Assembly (NCBI RefSeq): GCF_001447785.1
Contig: NW_015165842.1
Coordinates: forward strand, 858,499-922,498
Reading direction: 5' to 3'
From: Gekko japonicus
Taxonomy: Eukaryota
DNA: 64,000 bases
Shown: positions 32,988 through 46,384 of the stretch, one piece after another
Numbering within the stretch: position 1 is the stretch's first letter
Layout: every line of letters begins with the position of its first letter
Program-made: the position numbers and the translations under genes
The notes under the pieces: model-generated
Seen by the model: only the letters and a program-made list of their open reading frames with translations
Told to the model about the DNA's origin: nothing
The model's database searches: none

Positions 32988-35900
32988 TGCTGAGCTATAG
33001 CTTGTCTATTACGGATCAAACGTTAGAGATGTCTCAAAAAGAAAGCTCACACTAGAAAGCTAGGCAAACTTCACTTCAAAAAGGTAACGCCAAGAAAAGG
33101 GATCAATAATGACCGGAGATCTTCTTCAAGCTGAGAAACACCAGACAAGTCTGTAGAAAAACAAGCAGTTTTAGTCATAAATCCCTTTATGCAGATGCAG
33201 TTTTAAATATTATGCATCCTGTTGATCTAACAATTTAAGGGCTTACTGGACTTTATTGCGTAACTTCAACAGACTGAAGATGCACCCAGAACGCCACTAA
33301 GCATTCTCTTCCCTCCCACAGATATGCACCATGTTTTTGCCTGTAATGTGTACTTTTGTTTGGAAGAGCAGTGGTGTTCAAGCACTAGATGGCTGGAAAT
33401 TTTTTTCTATTTTCCAAGCTTCATATTAAATAGCAGGGTGCATACACCATATTATTGTGCTAAACTCCCGAAAAAGTCCACAATGCAACAATTGTGGGAG
33501 CAAGAAATGTAACTCACATTTGCTGGAAGTTAAACCTGCACCACCAGGGGAAGGACAGAAAGAACTTAAAAGTAAGTGATGTGTGGACAGTGTCTAATGA
33601 AAGACTCACTATATGAGACCAAATCATTTCTATTCAGTAAAACAGAATGACTGATAAGACTTTTGTAATGAAAGACAAGGTCATCGTTTAGTAGAATCAC
33701 ACAAGACCTCTTATTCAAGGCACAGTTTACATGCTGTTAGCACCACATATAAACTGTACCTGCCTATTTCAACACTATAGTTTGTGTTGCAAGATCTCAA
33801 ACCAACCAAGGTCAGACCTCATCAGTACTCAAACAGGGAGACCCAACTGTTTGCTTAAGGAAGAGAAAGTCTATGGCACTATTGACAAAGGGGCTTGTTT
33901 GTCTCTAAGGTACTACTGCACTCAAATCTAGGTCTTCTCTGGCACTATTCTAATTAATCTAGGCATTCAGGGATATGTGCTGCTATCTTTGAGATGAGAC
34001 CTGACATTTATACTAAAACTACAGGTGGTCCCATGACCATCTGACATAAATATTCTTCAAACAAGGCTTTAATCTTTGCAGTGCTTATCTGCATCATTCT
34101 ATATCAAACTGTAAGCTACCTTTAAAAACCCATGCACTTCTCTGGAATAGCTTTACAAGAACAGAAAAGCTCATGAGGTTTTGCTAAAGTACCCAAGAAT
34201 GGAAGCTCCAATGAAAACTGAAATCTTACTTAGGCACTTCTGAAAGTCCCACTAACTGCTGTCTCCTAGTACTCATACTGCTAGAGAGAAATAATTTAAG
34301 GAAAGACAGAAGTAGTGGCAGGCCACTACAGCAGAAATTGGAGAAAAAGGGGAAAAACCTATTGGAACATGTCAAAGTGCATAGCCTTTTTGTGGATAAG
34401 TGAAACAACGGTTGAAGCCACTACTTGACGTTATCAAAAGATTGTTGCCAATGTTAATTTTTGCAGTGGGTAAGATACTGTATCAGATATAGATTGATAT
34501 CTTCTGATATATGTATATGTACACATATTATACAAAAATAAGAGAGGGCTATTTTAACATGAGGCTCTCAAAGGTGTTGCCTCGAATAACTGCTCATCAG
34601 GAACTGTTTAATTTGTAGTCAGTTCAGTCTATCACTATTAAAGACGTGTTTCATTACAACTCTAGCTAAATTTCATAAAGTTCAATGACATATAGGTGAA
34701 GAAAAATACTGAAAAGCTTCAATGGAAGGGTGGAACCAGAAAGATGGCCCAGATACTGCAGACCCAGAGCAGGTATCAACAGATGGGAAGGAAAGGGCAA
34801 ATGCCAAGTAACAAACATAAAAACACCCACACTATTGGCTGAACATAAGGATGTTTAAGCAAAATGGTATTCTAGAAGGTCTGCAACTGAAGATGGCAGT
34901 CTCACGCTTGGCAACAACACTGGTAAATTTTGTTAACTGGGACACGGAGTGATATCCATGCCTGCAAATAACTACTCACTTGGAGAAGTAAATTGCTCCG
35001 AAACTTGCAGGTGCTGACGCAGAATCTATGATTCACAGGTCTTCACTGTGATTTTAGCCATTTTAAAGATCAGTTCAGGGTTGCTTTTGTGCACTGTTAA
35101 ATTTAGCCATTTTGCTATGCAAACAACCTCTTGCTTAGTTTTCCCCCCACCCAGTATTTAAACAAGCTCTTACGTCCTTTCCTTAGCTTGACTTCTATTT
35201 GCTTGTGTATTGGCAACTATTAGTGAATGCCTGTTAAATTCATGCAGATAGTTGCCTGTACTTGAATAGAGGACTGGAAAAGAGACAGCTGTGTGCGGCT
35301 TATTTCTGAGCTTTGTAAGATCGCCCTCTCAACAGATGTGTGGGCTGGTTATTAGTGATGAAGAAAGGATGCTTTTCAAGCACTCATATGCCCTTTGTTA
35401 AAGTCAAAGTTCTTTGGCTGAGGGGTCCTGGCACTGAAAAAATAGATGCTGCCCAAAACTTGCCTCAAATTAAGTTCTAGGGTGAGATTAGGATTCCCAT
35501 GATCGGCTGCAAAGCTCTACTGTCAACACTGGTTATAAAAATAGAGAGATGAGTGTGGGGGGGGTGTCCATCTACTTCCCCAGCCACATGGAATATATGA
35601 AAGGGAAACAGCAATCTATACCTCATTTAAGTACCCATGGTTTTCCTTTGTGTTTTCCACTTATTTTTAAGGGTCTAATATTAGTGTTTTTTTTAAAAAA
35701 AAACTACTTCCCAGAAGTGTGTGTTTACACAGCAGGAAATATGCTTCTGTTTCGAAGCTGTATGTTTCAGCGTTGATTTTTGGCAGGTGAAACAGGTTCA
35801 GCCCGAACCTGAAACACAGTACTGAATGCTGGTGGTGGGAAGCACAGAGATTCACAGACTTGAACTGCTAAGCCTTGACAAGAACAACTCTTTACTGTAC

Positions 35901-38320
35901 AACACATGACAGCTTGATGTTATTAACATCCTTCCACATGTTCTAGCAGGCTTATCTTCATGTGTGTATGACATACGCTTCTCTAAAACTACTTCAAGGC
36001 AGGGTAAAAGCCAAAATGTGTGTTTTCCTTCTTTCTTATTTTTGTAATCCCACAACAGCTGCTTTTTACCTGTGGTTTTTAAATGTGATTACAGCACTTG
36101 TCTAGATTTTGAAAAGAACTGTAAAATCCAGAGGATGAATGGTTAGACAGGCTAATAATGTTTGTGAACTTATTAATGAGGCTGGTTCTTTTCCTCTGCA
36201 AGAAAACCCCAAATCCACCATCAACCTACACCCTTCACTTTCAATGTTGCTGAAAACTTTGGACATCAGACCCAGGAGCATCTGAAGAGTACCTCCTGAC
36301 ACAGAGATGGCCTGTACAGATGGTTTCACTGCATAGCCTGGTTTCCACAAAAGCTGCACCAGCTCAGGCTTATTATGAAAGCGATGAAAACCTACAAGGA
36401 AAAAGGAGATATCAGAGAAACATGTCTTAAAGAGAGATCACTGAAAGGAAGTAAGACTTGGAGGAAAACAGTGGTGGGGAATTAAAAGGTGAAAGGACAA
36501 TAGCAATATTACCCTACAAAAAAGGGTAAACATCACTTGCGTACACTCCAACTAGTCCTATCTATCTTCAACAATTATTAACTTGGGAGATGTTAGAATG
36601 AATAGCTTCAAAGTGTAAGCATTAACATATGGCCTACAGTCTTATGAACAAAGTAAGAAACTATCTTATCTTGTATCAGGACAGTATTGAAAAGGCATGC
36701 CCTTCAAGAGCTACTATGCCGTTTCACCACCAAGAATGAATATAAATCCTGAAGTGGCAGATAAAACCTCCAGGATCTTGAGGAGAGCTACATTTATAAG
36801 ACTGGAGCTCAGTAGCACAAAAATCTCCAAATAGCTGTTACAGTGAGACTGTTTACAAAAGCAAACTAACTGGAAAGTTCGGTTAGAAATAACTGAAGGA
36901 TGACAGCCAGACTTGTTATTCTAAAAGTGATCTAGTTTAATCAGCAACTATCTAAACAGTACTAATTCAACAATGGTATTGCAAGCAATGATGTTTTATT
37001 GGACAGAAATGTCCTCCTTCATGCAGGTGCACGACATTAAAGGTCACAGCCACCTTTAACTGTAGACAGCAGGATGATCCACAGTAGGCAACACATTCAC
37101 AATATTTTAAATAAATAAAAACAGTTAAACCTCTCAGGCATCCATTTGATCCCCCCTCAAAATCCATATTTTCTGCATGGTCTTCAGTTTAACTCCTTAA
37201 TCCTCAGTCCCAAATAATAACAAAGTTCTAGGAAGTGTGGTTATATTTGCTTTTGTTCATTCCTTGCTAAACATGTGTTTCTCCCTCTCTATTCCTATTG
37301 TCTTTCTTACTGCTCACTTCTGTTGTAAGCTCATGTGAGAGCCAGGACAACTCTTTGTTTTAAAAGTCAAAAGCACCATGTATATTTATGGCAGCATATA
37401 AACAACTAATTATCTTAAATAAAGCATCTTTTTGTTCAAGTTTACAAGCCAGCTTTACACGTGTTTCAGAATTCTATGTGCTTAATTTTCCCATAGTCAA
37501 TTTAACATTCTGGTTCTTACTGCACATCTGTCTAGTGGTTATATGTCCTATTTGCTCCATCAGCACACATTTGCAGTGTGTTTTTTCTATGACACAGGTA
37601 CTGTTCCAAGATTACAGAAGCAGTCTGCTGTAACATTCAAAAGGTCAGACACCATGAAACCAGGGCCAATTTGGTGGGTCTTTACAAATCAATGCTGCAC
37701 AGTCAATATTAGGGACAATCAGATGGAAGGATCTCTTTGATCGCAACAGTTGTTGCCTCCAATCCCACCTGGGCAGTACTAACTGTTCAGGATTCATGTA
37801 ACTGGCTCTGTCTGAATTTTTCAGTGTTACACCACAGAAAGAAGCACCATGCTGCTATTATATTTAAAAGGCATCATACTGTGGTATGGGCTGTACTATC
37901 TGATCAAAGCAGGCCAAGGGCCAGAAAGCATTACAACATAAGAATGCCTACATTATTGAAAGGGTAGTCAGTCCATTTTTTTAGTTCACTACTAGATCAA
38001 AAAGTGGAGTCAATTTAACTTGCAGAAGTGAAGAACAATGTTTACAGAACTTCTTCCAGTGTTCTACAACTTCATATGCATATATTCCTTAACTTTGAGG
38101 TCAATTGCCCTGTAATATTCTATGCCCCCTTGCAATTTCTGTAAACTTTAGCATCAATCCTGACAGCTTTGAGTTCATTTTTACCCCTCCCCTGCAATGC
38201 GTATTGAAGTTTAAAAAAATATAAGGGTGAAATTGACAAAATTGTATTCGCTGTTTACACTTTCTCCCTGGTGCCTTTGTTCTATTCCTGTACAGCCAAA
38301 TGATAGATTCATATTGGTAT

Positions 38321-38358
38321 GTATCTGAAGAAGTGTGCATGCACACAAAAGCTTATGC
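38321..38358 (+). ncRNA. minimal type I hammerhead ribozyme motif of a Penelope-like terminus, core mutated
   Basis: GTAT-CTGAAGA-A-GTGTGC-AT-GCACAC-AAAA (GAAA expected)-GCTT-ATGC. Confidence 0.6.
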
Positions 38359-38811
38359 CCAGAATAAACCTCTGTTGGTCTTAAAGGTGCCACTCAAATT
38401 TCATTCTGCCAAAGGTAATATTTTACAAAAGTGCACATTTTTTCTAAGTACAGTTTTGTTTGGGTGATATTACACACCAAATCCAGACCATGTCAATTCA
38501 AAAGAACCTGGTCCCTCCTATGCTGTAACTCAACACCTCAACTATCAAATTAAGCTAACTGCCTGTTTACATTTCACAGAAGATCCATGCAAGATCAGAC
38601 CTTAATATCAGAGCCTGAAAAATCTTCCTTCTACTCTCCTATCTTGTTTGCACAATGTTGGGTCCAAAAGAAAGAGCATTACACATATTTGTGCATGGAC
38701 CTATACAGCTGTATATATTTTTTCTCCATTACAACAGGACAAAAGAAGAGAATTTGCAAGTTTAAGCTAGCACTTTAAATTGTGAATGCTATGGGTAAAC
38801 AAGGTAATGTA

Positions 38812-38965
38812 CAGATTCAGGTGGGTAGCCATGTTGGTCTGAAGCAGCAGAACAAAGTTTGAGTCCAATGGCACCTTTAAGACCAAGGTGTAACTTTTTG
38901 TATGCAAGCACACTTCCTCAGAAACAGAACAAAGTTTGAGTCCAATGGCACCTTTAAGACCAACG
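38812..38965 (-). mobile_element. Penelope-like terminal repeat, partial tandem, with degenerate hammerhead
   Basis: Duplicated CAGAACAAAGTTTGAGTCCAATGGCACCTTTAAGACCAA; minus-strand CTGAGGAAGTGTGCTTGCATAC. Confidence 0.65.
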
Positions 38966-40689
38966 AAGGTCTATTAACATTTCACATCGTAGCTCTAATC
39001 AGGTGGCAGGAACAGAGCCTCCAGCCTAGTTAGCTCATTTGATGAACTAGCCAAATACCAGTCAAACAGTTACTTTAAGATTTACAAAAACCAAATTCAT
39101 TAATTATGAAAATATGAAATTCTAATCCATGCACTACAAATTACAATTATATTTAGATGGAAGATAAGCAAGAGATGAAGCCATTTACATTAACTTTAAT
39201 TCTGGAACCCCAAGGATAACAAAAACAGCTTAAAATAAAATTAAGCTCAAACCAATCAACCTTTGAACATAAAGTCAGAGTAAAGTAGTGGGTGTCTTTT
39301 CCTAAATTGTTTATATATAGCTAGAATCCTGGAGGATGCAATTAATAAGGAAGGTTATCACCTCCATAAAAGCATTCTTTGATTCACGGAATATGTGAAT
39401 ACTAGACAGTTGATGAATAATCAAACGTTACCAAGGTGCCACCATCACAGTTAAGTGGAATGGTGGTGATGTACAGTGAGAATTAGTTAACTGCATAGGT
39501 TGAGTCTAAAGATAACCCCCACATGAAGCATTTTAAACAGCAGTTATACAATAAGCGGTTTGCAGGAGAGGGGCCATAGTTTAATGGTAGAGAACATTCC
39601 AACATGTTGATCACAGCTGCAAGACATGAATTTGAAAGAGCATTTTATTGTGGTCCAGGTATCGGACTCAGAAGCTTCCAAATGCCCAGAGATCTCATCA
39701 GCAACAAGTAAAGCTGTCCTGACATCAAGAGCCACAATGCAACCAGTTGTATGACTTCATTTATGGAAAATCAGCAGCAGGTTGCCAGCTGGCCAAGAAA
39801 ATCAGCTACAAGAAATGAACAGGAATCCTATTCAGAAATAAGGTACAGCCAATTCCAGTTACCGGCTGACCCATATTCTCTATAGTGGTGGCCAGGACTA
39901 GCCAGATGGCCATAAGTCCAATTTGTAACTGGTTGCATGAATCTGATCTCCATGAACGTCCTCATGACTAACCTAACAGTTGTCAAGTCATACCAGAAAC
40001 AGCAACCATTTCATCTGCTATCTAGGAAGTAAGCTTAACTGTGTGTTCTGAGAAAGCCAGAATTTACAAGGTTATTAATTTCCTGAAACATTTCAAACGC
40101 GTGACAATGGGGGCAGACATTTTTCACCGTTATCAAAGCCACACCATGGACTTGGAAGAGCTAAAGGCTACAATACATGGTCTTTGAGCCAAGAAGAACG
40201 ACCACTGGTACTCACCATGAAGGGCCCTTCTCCTCTGAGGCCTGGAGGACATCTTGTGGGTGATTCCCATCCATCATTCAGGGAGGCAGGAACAATTCAA
40301 ACTTCCTGTTTCCTGTGGTGGGAGTCACCCCAATCTCAGTTTCGGGGGCTCCGAAAGCAGTATTCTAAGCTGAAAATACTCTAAGAACTTGATAACTCGT
40401 AACATAGGTTATTAACCATAAGAATTAAGGTAACAATAGAATCAGAAAAGTCGAACAGGAAGAAATCACACTTAGTATCTGGTATAAATCTGATCGACTC
40501 ACTTCTCTCTGTAGGTAATTGTGAATAATGGAAATAGACAAACGTAAAGTAGATGACAACCCGGGAGGGCCAAGATGTCCTCCAGGCCTTAGAGAAGGAC
40601 CCTTCACGGTGAGTACCAATGGTCATTCTCCCCTGAGGCGAAGGCCATCTTGTGGGACCTCCCAGAGCAGTGTCCCTAAATATCGGGAG

Positions 40690-41780
40690 GGTGGTCATCA
40701 TCAGAAGGGAGTACAGGTTGTAGCACTCTCCTCACAAAGGCTGCATCAGCAGTCATAGACGTTGATTTTGTAGTGTCGAATAAAGCTGGACAGTGAAGAT
40801 CACGTAGCGGCCTTGCATATTTCTTCAACCGAAGCCCTGTTAGTTAACGCTGCATTTGTAGCCGCGCTCTGCAGAGAATGTGTTGTAACTCCATCGGGAA
40901 CACACAGATTTGAGCTCTTGTATGCCTCTGCAATACACTTTTTGATGGTCGCACTTATGGCCGAATTGGACATTTTCCTTCCTGTGTGTGGTGGAGATAT
41001 GTTTACAAACATGGCCTCTGATCTCCTGAAGGAAGCCATCCTGTGTAGGTAGCATTTGAGAGCCCTCCTCACGTCCAAAGTGTGTCACAATTTTTCTTTT
41101 GGATGTACCGGATTTGGTGAAAAGGATGGCAAATAGATTTCCTGGGACCTATGGAATATCAAATTGATCTTAGGGAAGAAGGCAGGATCCGTTCGAAGGA
41201 CAACTTTATCCCTGTGAAAGACGCAGAGATCTGACCTAGTGGATAGTGCCCCCAATTCCGAAATCCTCCTAGCAGACGTTATCGCCACCAGAAATAAGAC
41301 TTTCATCCGTAGAAATTTCATAGTCACTTTCCTTAACGGTTCAAAGAGACTCTTTGTTAATGCGTTGAGCACGATGTTTAGTCTCCAAGTTGGGAACCTG
41401 TGCTTTGTTGTTGGGTTCTTGAAAGAGGCACCTTTTAGAAACCTGAGGACGTGAGGATGCTGGGAAACTGGTAGACCTTTGAAATGAGGCAGTACTGAGG
41501 CAAGAGCTGCTAGTTGCCTTTTGAGAGTAGCGACTCTTAGACTGCTCTGGATGCCCTCCTGTAGGAATTCTAGGATGTTTCCGATCTTCGGACGCATAGG
41601 ATCTACCTTCTTCCTTCTTGACCACTGTACGAATACTTTCCATGTGTAGTTATAAATTCTTGATTTAGACGGTTTATGGGATGCTAAGATTGTCTCTATC
41701 AAGTGCTTATATCCAAGTTTCAGGAGATTTAGCCTTTCAATTTCCAAGCGATTAAATGGAACCACTCCAGGTTGGGGTGC
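40690..41780 (-). pseudogene. DIRS tyrosine recombinase, broken
   Basis: FLVAITSARRISEL, HSLQ (HSLR expected), AAT*S (W to stop), FIRHY. Confidence 0.9.
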
Positions 41781-41784
41781 CATT

Positions 41785-43446
41785 ATGGGTCCTTGCACCA
41801 GCAGGTCTGGAAGAACTGGTAGTATCAATGGATGACTTGACGTCATCTCCTGTAAGGCTGTGAACCAGGGGCGTCTTGGCCAATACCGTGCCACCACTAT
41901 CACCTCTGCTTGCAAGAGTCTGATCCTTCTTAAGAGACATGGTAGAATTGGTAGTGGAGAGAAGGCGTTAAGAAGACCTCTGGGCCACTGAGTCGTCAGA
42001 GCATCCGTGGCCTCCACTTGATGTTGACAGAACCTCGTGAAGAATCAAGGCAGTTGAGCGTTTGTCGGAGATGCAAACAGATCCATGATTGGTCTGCCCA
42101 GTTGTACCGATATAAGATGAAATACCTCCTTGTTCAGGGACCATTTGCTCTCCTGGATCTCCTGCCAACTCACATGTTCTGCTTGAATGGAGGCTAAGTT
42201 CATCTCCGCCCATCTCAGGAGTTTGAATGCTTCTCTCTGCAATGTGGAGGATCTCGAGCCTCCCTGTTTGTTTAGATAGGCCTTCGCGGAAATGTTGTCT
42301 GTGCGCATCAAAATAGGTTTTCTTTGATCTGATGCGCGAAGAATTGAAGGGCAAGATGTACAGCTCGAAGTTCTAACAGGTTGATCGGCAGTGTCTGCTC
42401 GATTACAGACCATTTCCCTTGTGCTGGTTGATTCAGGAGGGTGGCTCCCCAGCCTTCTAGACTTGCGTCGGTGAATAGTTGAATCCTGCCCTGGATCCAG
42501 AAACTTTTTCCTTTGGTCAGGTTGGATATGTTGGTCCACCAACAAAGACTTGTTTTTACTTGTAATGGAACCTTCAGAGAGATGTTCAATTTCAATGCGA
42601 TGGAGGATTGGAAGGGTCTTAGGAATAGTTGAAGTGGTCTGGAGTAGAATCTTCCCCACTGCAGGGTGTCGAAGGTAGCTACCATGAGATCCAACATCTT
42701 GGTGAGGATAGAAAGAGATGAGAAACCAGAGATGATTGCCAGAATGATTTGGTTGGCCAAGGCCTTGATCTTTCGTGCTTTGTGCAGTGGAAAATACAAT
42801 GAGGTCACTTTGGTGTCTATGATCACGCCGAGATGCTCCAGGCGCCGAGATGGTTTCAGGGAGCTCTTGTGTACCATCATCTTCGTGAATATTCTGGGAG
42901 CCGATGAAAGACTGAAGTGGTGGTCACCCAAACAGAAAGAACTGGCAGTGGTGTTCCCCCAAACAGAAACGAAGAAATCTCCTGTGTGATGGAAACATTG
43001 GTATGTGCATGTAGGCTTCTGTTAAGTCTATTGATACGAGAAACTCTCCCGGCTGGAGGGACTCTGCAATAGACCTGAGGGTCTCCATCCTGAAGTGTTT
43101 GAACTTGACGTACTTGTTTATGAACTTCAGGTCTAAAATCACCCTCCAGTCCCCAGTCTTTTTGGGGACAGTGAAGAAAATCGAATAGACTCCCTGCCCC
43201 AGGTGTTCTATTGGGTCAGGTTCTATTGCATGAATGTCCAGAAGGTGGGATATGGCTAACCAAGTTCTGTCTCGCTTTGTGCTGTTCTTGTGTATTGGAG
43301 AGGCACCAAACCTTTGAGGAGGGATTTGCAGAAATTCTATCTTGTAGCCTTCTGAGACCACTCCCATGGTCCAGGAGTCTGAACTGGATCTGGCCCATGC
43401 TTAAGTGAAGTGTGTTAGTCTCCCCCCTACTGGTGGCTGTCGATAG
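41785..43446 (-). pseudogene. DIRS RT / RNase H / methyltransferase-like ORF, broken
   Basis: PPVGGRL, GYKIEF, YSIFFTVPKKTGDWRVILDLK, SIDLTEAYMHIP, FTDASLEGWGA, INLLELRAV, TDN, DLFAS, WPRRPWF. Confidence 0.9.
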
Positions 43447-45072
43447 TCATGCTCTCGCAGGTTTGGGGTTTTTCTCACCTTTGTCTTGCCCGAAGAAGTT
43501 TGGTCTCAAGAATCTGTTGCTGTTGGAAGCCCCTCTACGAAAGGACTGCCTGGAGTAGTTGTTGAGAGTGGTGGTGTTGCCTCACGTAGATCTCCTGTAA
43601 CCTGGACGAAATCTGGGAAGGGTGTGTTGCGTACGAAATGACGAAGACGTTGATGCCTTCTCTCCAAGGCGTACGAATTTGGGAAGCGCTTTCTTTTTAT
43701 CCCGAGTCTCCACCAGAATCCTTTCTAGAAGTTCACCTAAGAGTTTATCGCCCTGAAAAGGGTAAGCGACGACTATGGCTTTTGATTGATAGTTAAGCAG
43801 ACCAAGATCTGAGCCACACTAGATGTCGTACAGCAGCTGTCGAAGCCATGGCTCTGGAGGTGAGAACCATCGTATCCAAGGTAGCATCTGCTGTATAAGA
43901 GATTGCTTTTAGAATTCTCGTAGCTTCCTCCATCAGTCTTAAGTTGTCACCAGGTAGCATTTGGATGAGTTTCCTCATCCACACGATGGATGCTCTGGAG
44001 ACCGTAGAGGCTGAAGCTGATGCCTTGATTGCCATGGCGTTAGCATCGTGCAACTTCTTAAGGGCAAATTCCGCACGTTTGTCGAGACTGTTGCGCAGGT
44101 TGCCGTGACCGTCCTCAGAGACTAGACTGGAAGACTGCAATGCCGTCACCGGGGCGTCTACTGATGGTACCTGCAATAAACTGGAAGCAAGTGAGGTGGT
44201 AGGGTACAATTTTTTCATAAAGCTTGGAACGGGTTTGTTAGACATAGGCCTTTGCCATTCTGCCTTTATTTTTCTGACGTAAAAACCAGGAAAAGGAAAT
44301 GCTTGTTCTCACTGGTGGAAAGAACTCATCAGTAATCTCATCGCCTTCCTCTGCTATGCCATCCCCTCTGTTAGCTGTGGGATGGGTATTTTGAATGTGT
44401 AAGGCTGATAGGGTTTTAGACAATAAGTATTGGAAATCTTCTCTCTTGAAAAAACGAAAGGACTGCTCTGATGAAGCAGTTTTCTTTCCCCTCTCTTCCC
44501 CATCATCGGATGAAAACTCCCCCTCCTCCTTCTCACTAGAGTTGAAGGACATACAGTCCTCTTTAGGAGGATCATATAGCTCCTTCTGAGTAGGGAAACC
44601 CTTTTGAGCTGCCTTGGTAGGCCATGATCCCCTGACTTTGTCTTCCCAGGGCCATGTGGTTGGGGGGAGGGGGAGATCTGTGGCGGGAACCCTTCCCCCC
44701 TTCCTTGGAACGGGCCATCTCTTCCCTGATGGCCCTCTGTAGAAAGGCCATCGCATCTGGAGACAGAGAGGGGGAACCGTAATGGCATACTTCACCCTCA
44801 TCTTCCTCGTCGTCTCCTTCTTCAGCGTCCTCGTCCAAATGGCTCATGTTTCAGCTGGCTTAACATGCTGGGGTACGCACTATTGGCTCTCCACAATTTT
44901 TGAAGCATGCCGTCCGGATCGCTTCAAAATGGGTCATGAGCAGCACGGCGCCCTTTTCCGCGCCGGGCTCTCCTTGCTCTTCTGGCGCCTCCGTGGCGTC
45001 CTTAGGCTCCTACCCGGCCAGAATACGCTCTGGCGTGGCTAAAAGTCCATCCTTGGTCTGCGTGGGATCCAT
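43447..45072 (-). pseudogene. DIRS gag-like ORF1, broken by stops and frameshifts
   Basis: KLYP...LLQVPSVDAPV...LRNSLDKRAE..LKK...MASTAAVRHLVWLRSW, typical of vertebrate DIRS ORF1. Confidence 0.75.
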
Positions 45073-46384
45073 ATTAAGGAGTCACACTTGTTTTATGCAG
45101 CCTATGGTGAATTGCTGCAGATAGAATTCCCGAATCGTAGAGGGGAAGGAAGGGAGGGGAAGATTAAGATAGGATAAGTTTAGCAGTGAATTTAGAAGTT
45201 AGAAAAAAGAACGAGTCAAGAGTAAGTAAAAAGAAAAAAACTGTTAAAGGTTGGTAGGCTAACCTAACAAGCTGCTCTCCTTACTGAGGCAGGAAACAAA
45301 ACTGAGACTGGGGTGACTCCCACCACAGGAAACAAGAAGTTTGAATTGTTCCTGCCTCCCTGAATGATGGATGGGAATCACCCACAAGATGGCCTCTGCC
45401 TCAGGGGAGAAGAAATGGTTACACAGAATGCCTATAAGATCACCCACATTTAAAATTTAGCCAGGCCTCCAGAGGCTGTCAAAGACAGCAGCTATATCTT
45501 GCAGAAAAACTCTGGGATCAAAGTAACTATATGAATTCATTACAGGGGGGAAACGGGACTAGGCCACATCTTGTCAGGATACCCAGGAAAACAATTCAAC
45601 CATAATATCGTCGCGTATTCCTTTCCCAACAAACCAGAGCACCGGTTCTCAAATCAGTGCAAGGCATCCTCTTGTCTATTTCAACTCTCCCAAACTTCTC
45701 ATCATTCTTCTCCTTTGGCACTCCTCCCAACAGTTTAGCTTATTCACAGTAACAGACCTAAGAGCCAGATCTTTCATTGTGAAGAGGCAGGTACAGTGGA
45801 CAGCTCAAGCAATATTACTGGAAACAATATGGGTCATGACTAAATGTGAAATGGGACCCTGAAAACGTCCGCTCAAATACAGAAAAGCTGAAAATTCTGG
45901 GGGAAATTCCCTTCAAATCTTGCAAAGCACAAGACTCTGACAGGGGGATCCTGAAGGGGTGTGATCTGGGGCTCTATCAGGTGTATTGCTTGGGCCACAC
46001 AGTAACAAGGCATTTGCACAACTAACAGATGGAAACATCAACCCTATTCTGCAGCCACAGGCAGATTCTGGAGTGCAGTAGTCAAACCTTTCAAATTAAC
46101 TTTAAATTAGAATCAAATTGAAATTATTGAGATTGAAATCAGAACATTTGGTTTTAAGTATGAAGAGCTATCATCTTTGAAGTTACATGAGTTCCTCACC
46201 CCTACTCCCCTTGGCATCAGTTTGAGATTTGCTTCTCTCTGCCTTTCCTAAAGTGCAGTCCTTTACAGTTACTTCAATGGACTAGGCTTACAGCAAAATA
46301 GCTGTGTAGAATTGCACTAAGTCCTAAGCTCCTTTATGATTAAAGTGCTCCACTGCCACTCCTTTGAATAAATATACTTAAAGC

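Larger units (their letters stand above)
40195..45411 (-). mobile_element. full-length DIRS1-type tyrosine-recombinase retrotransposon, inactivated, in MATR3 intron 1
   Basis: Inverted terminal repeats about 40229-40342 / 45298-45411, internal complementary region about 40571-40657, gag, RT/RNaseH/MTase and YR remnants. Confidence 0.95.

Noticed and set aside
33318-33372. Resemblance to the 5' part of SNORA74/U19 (TGCCTGT.ATG...TTGGAAGAGCA)
   Set aside because: Antisense to the host transcript, needs several gaps, and the remaining hairpins are absent; consistent with chance.
39600-45700. Old Gypsy pol remnant flanking the DIRS (39600-40190, 45412-45700), similar hints at about 18130-18460
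   Set aside because: Only faint motifs (WWPGL, GKAN); too degenerate to support without a profile search.
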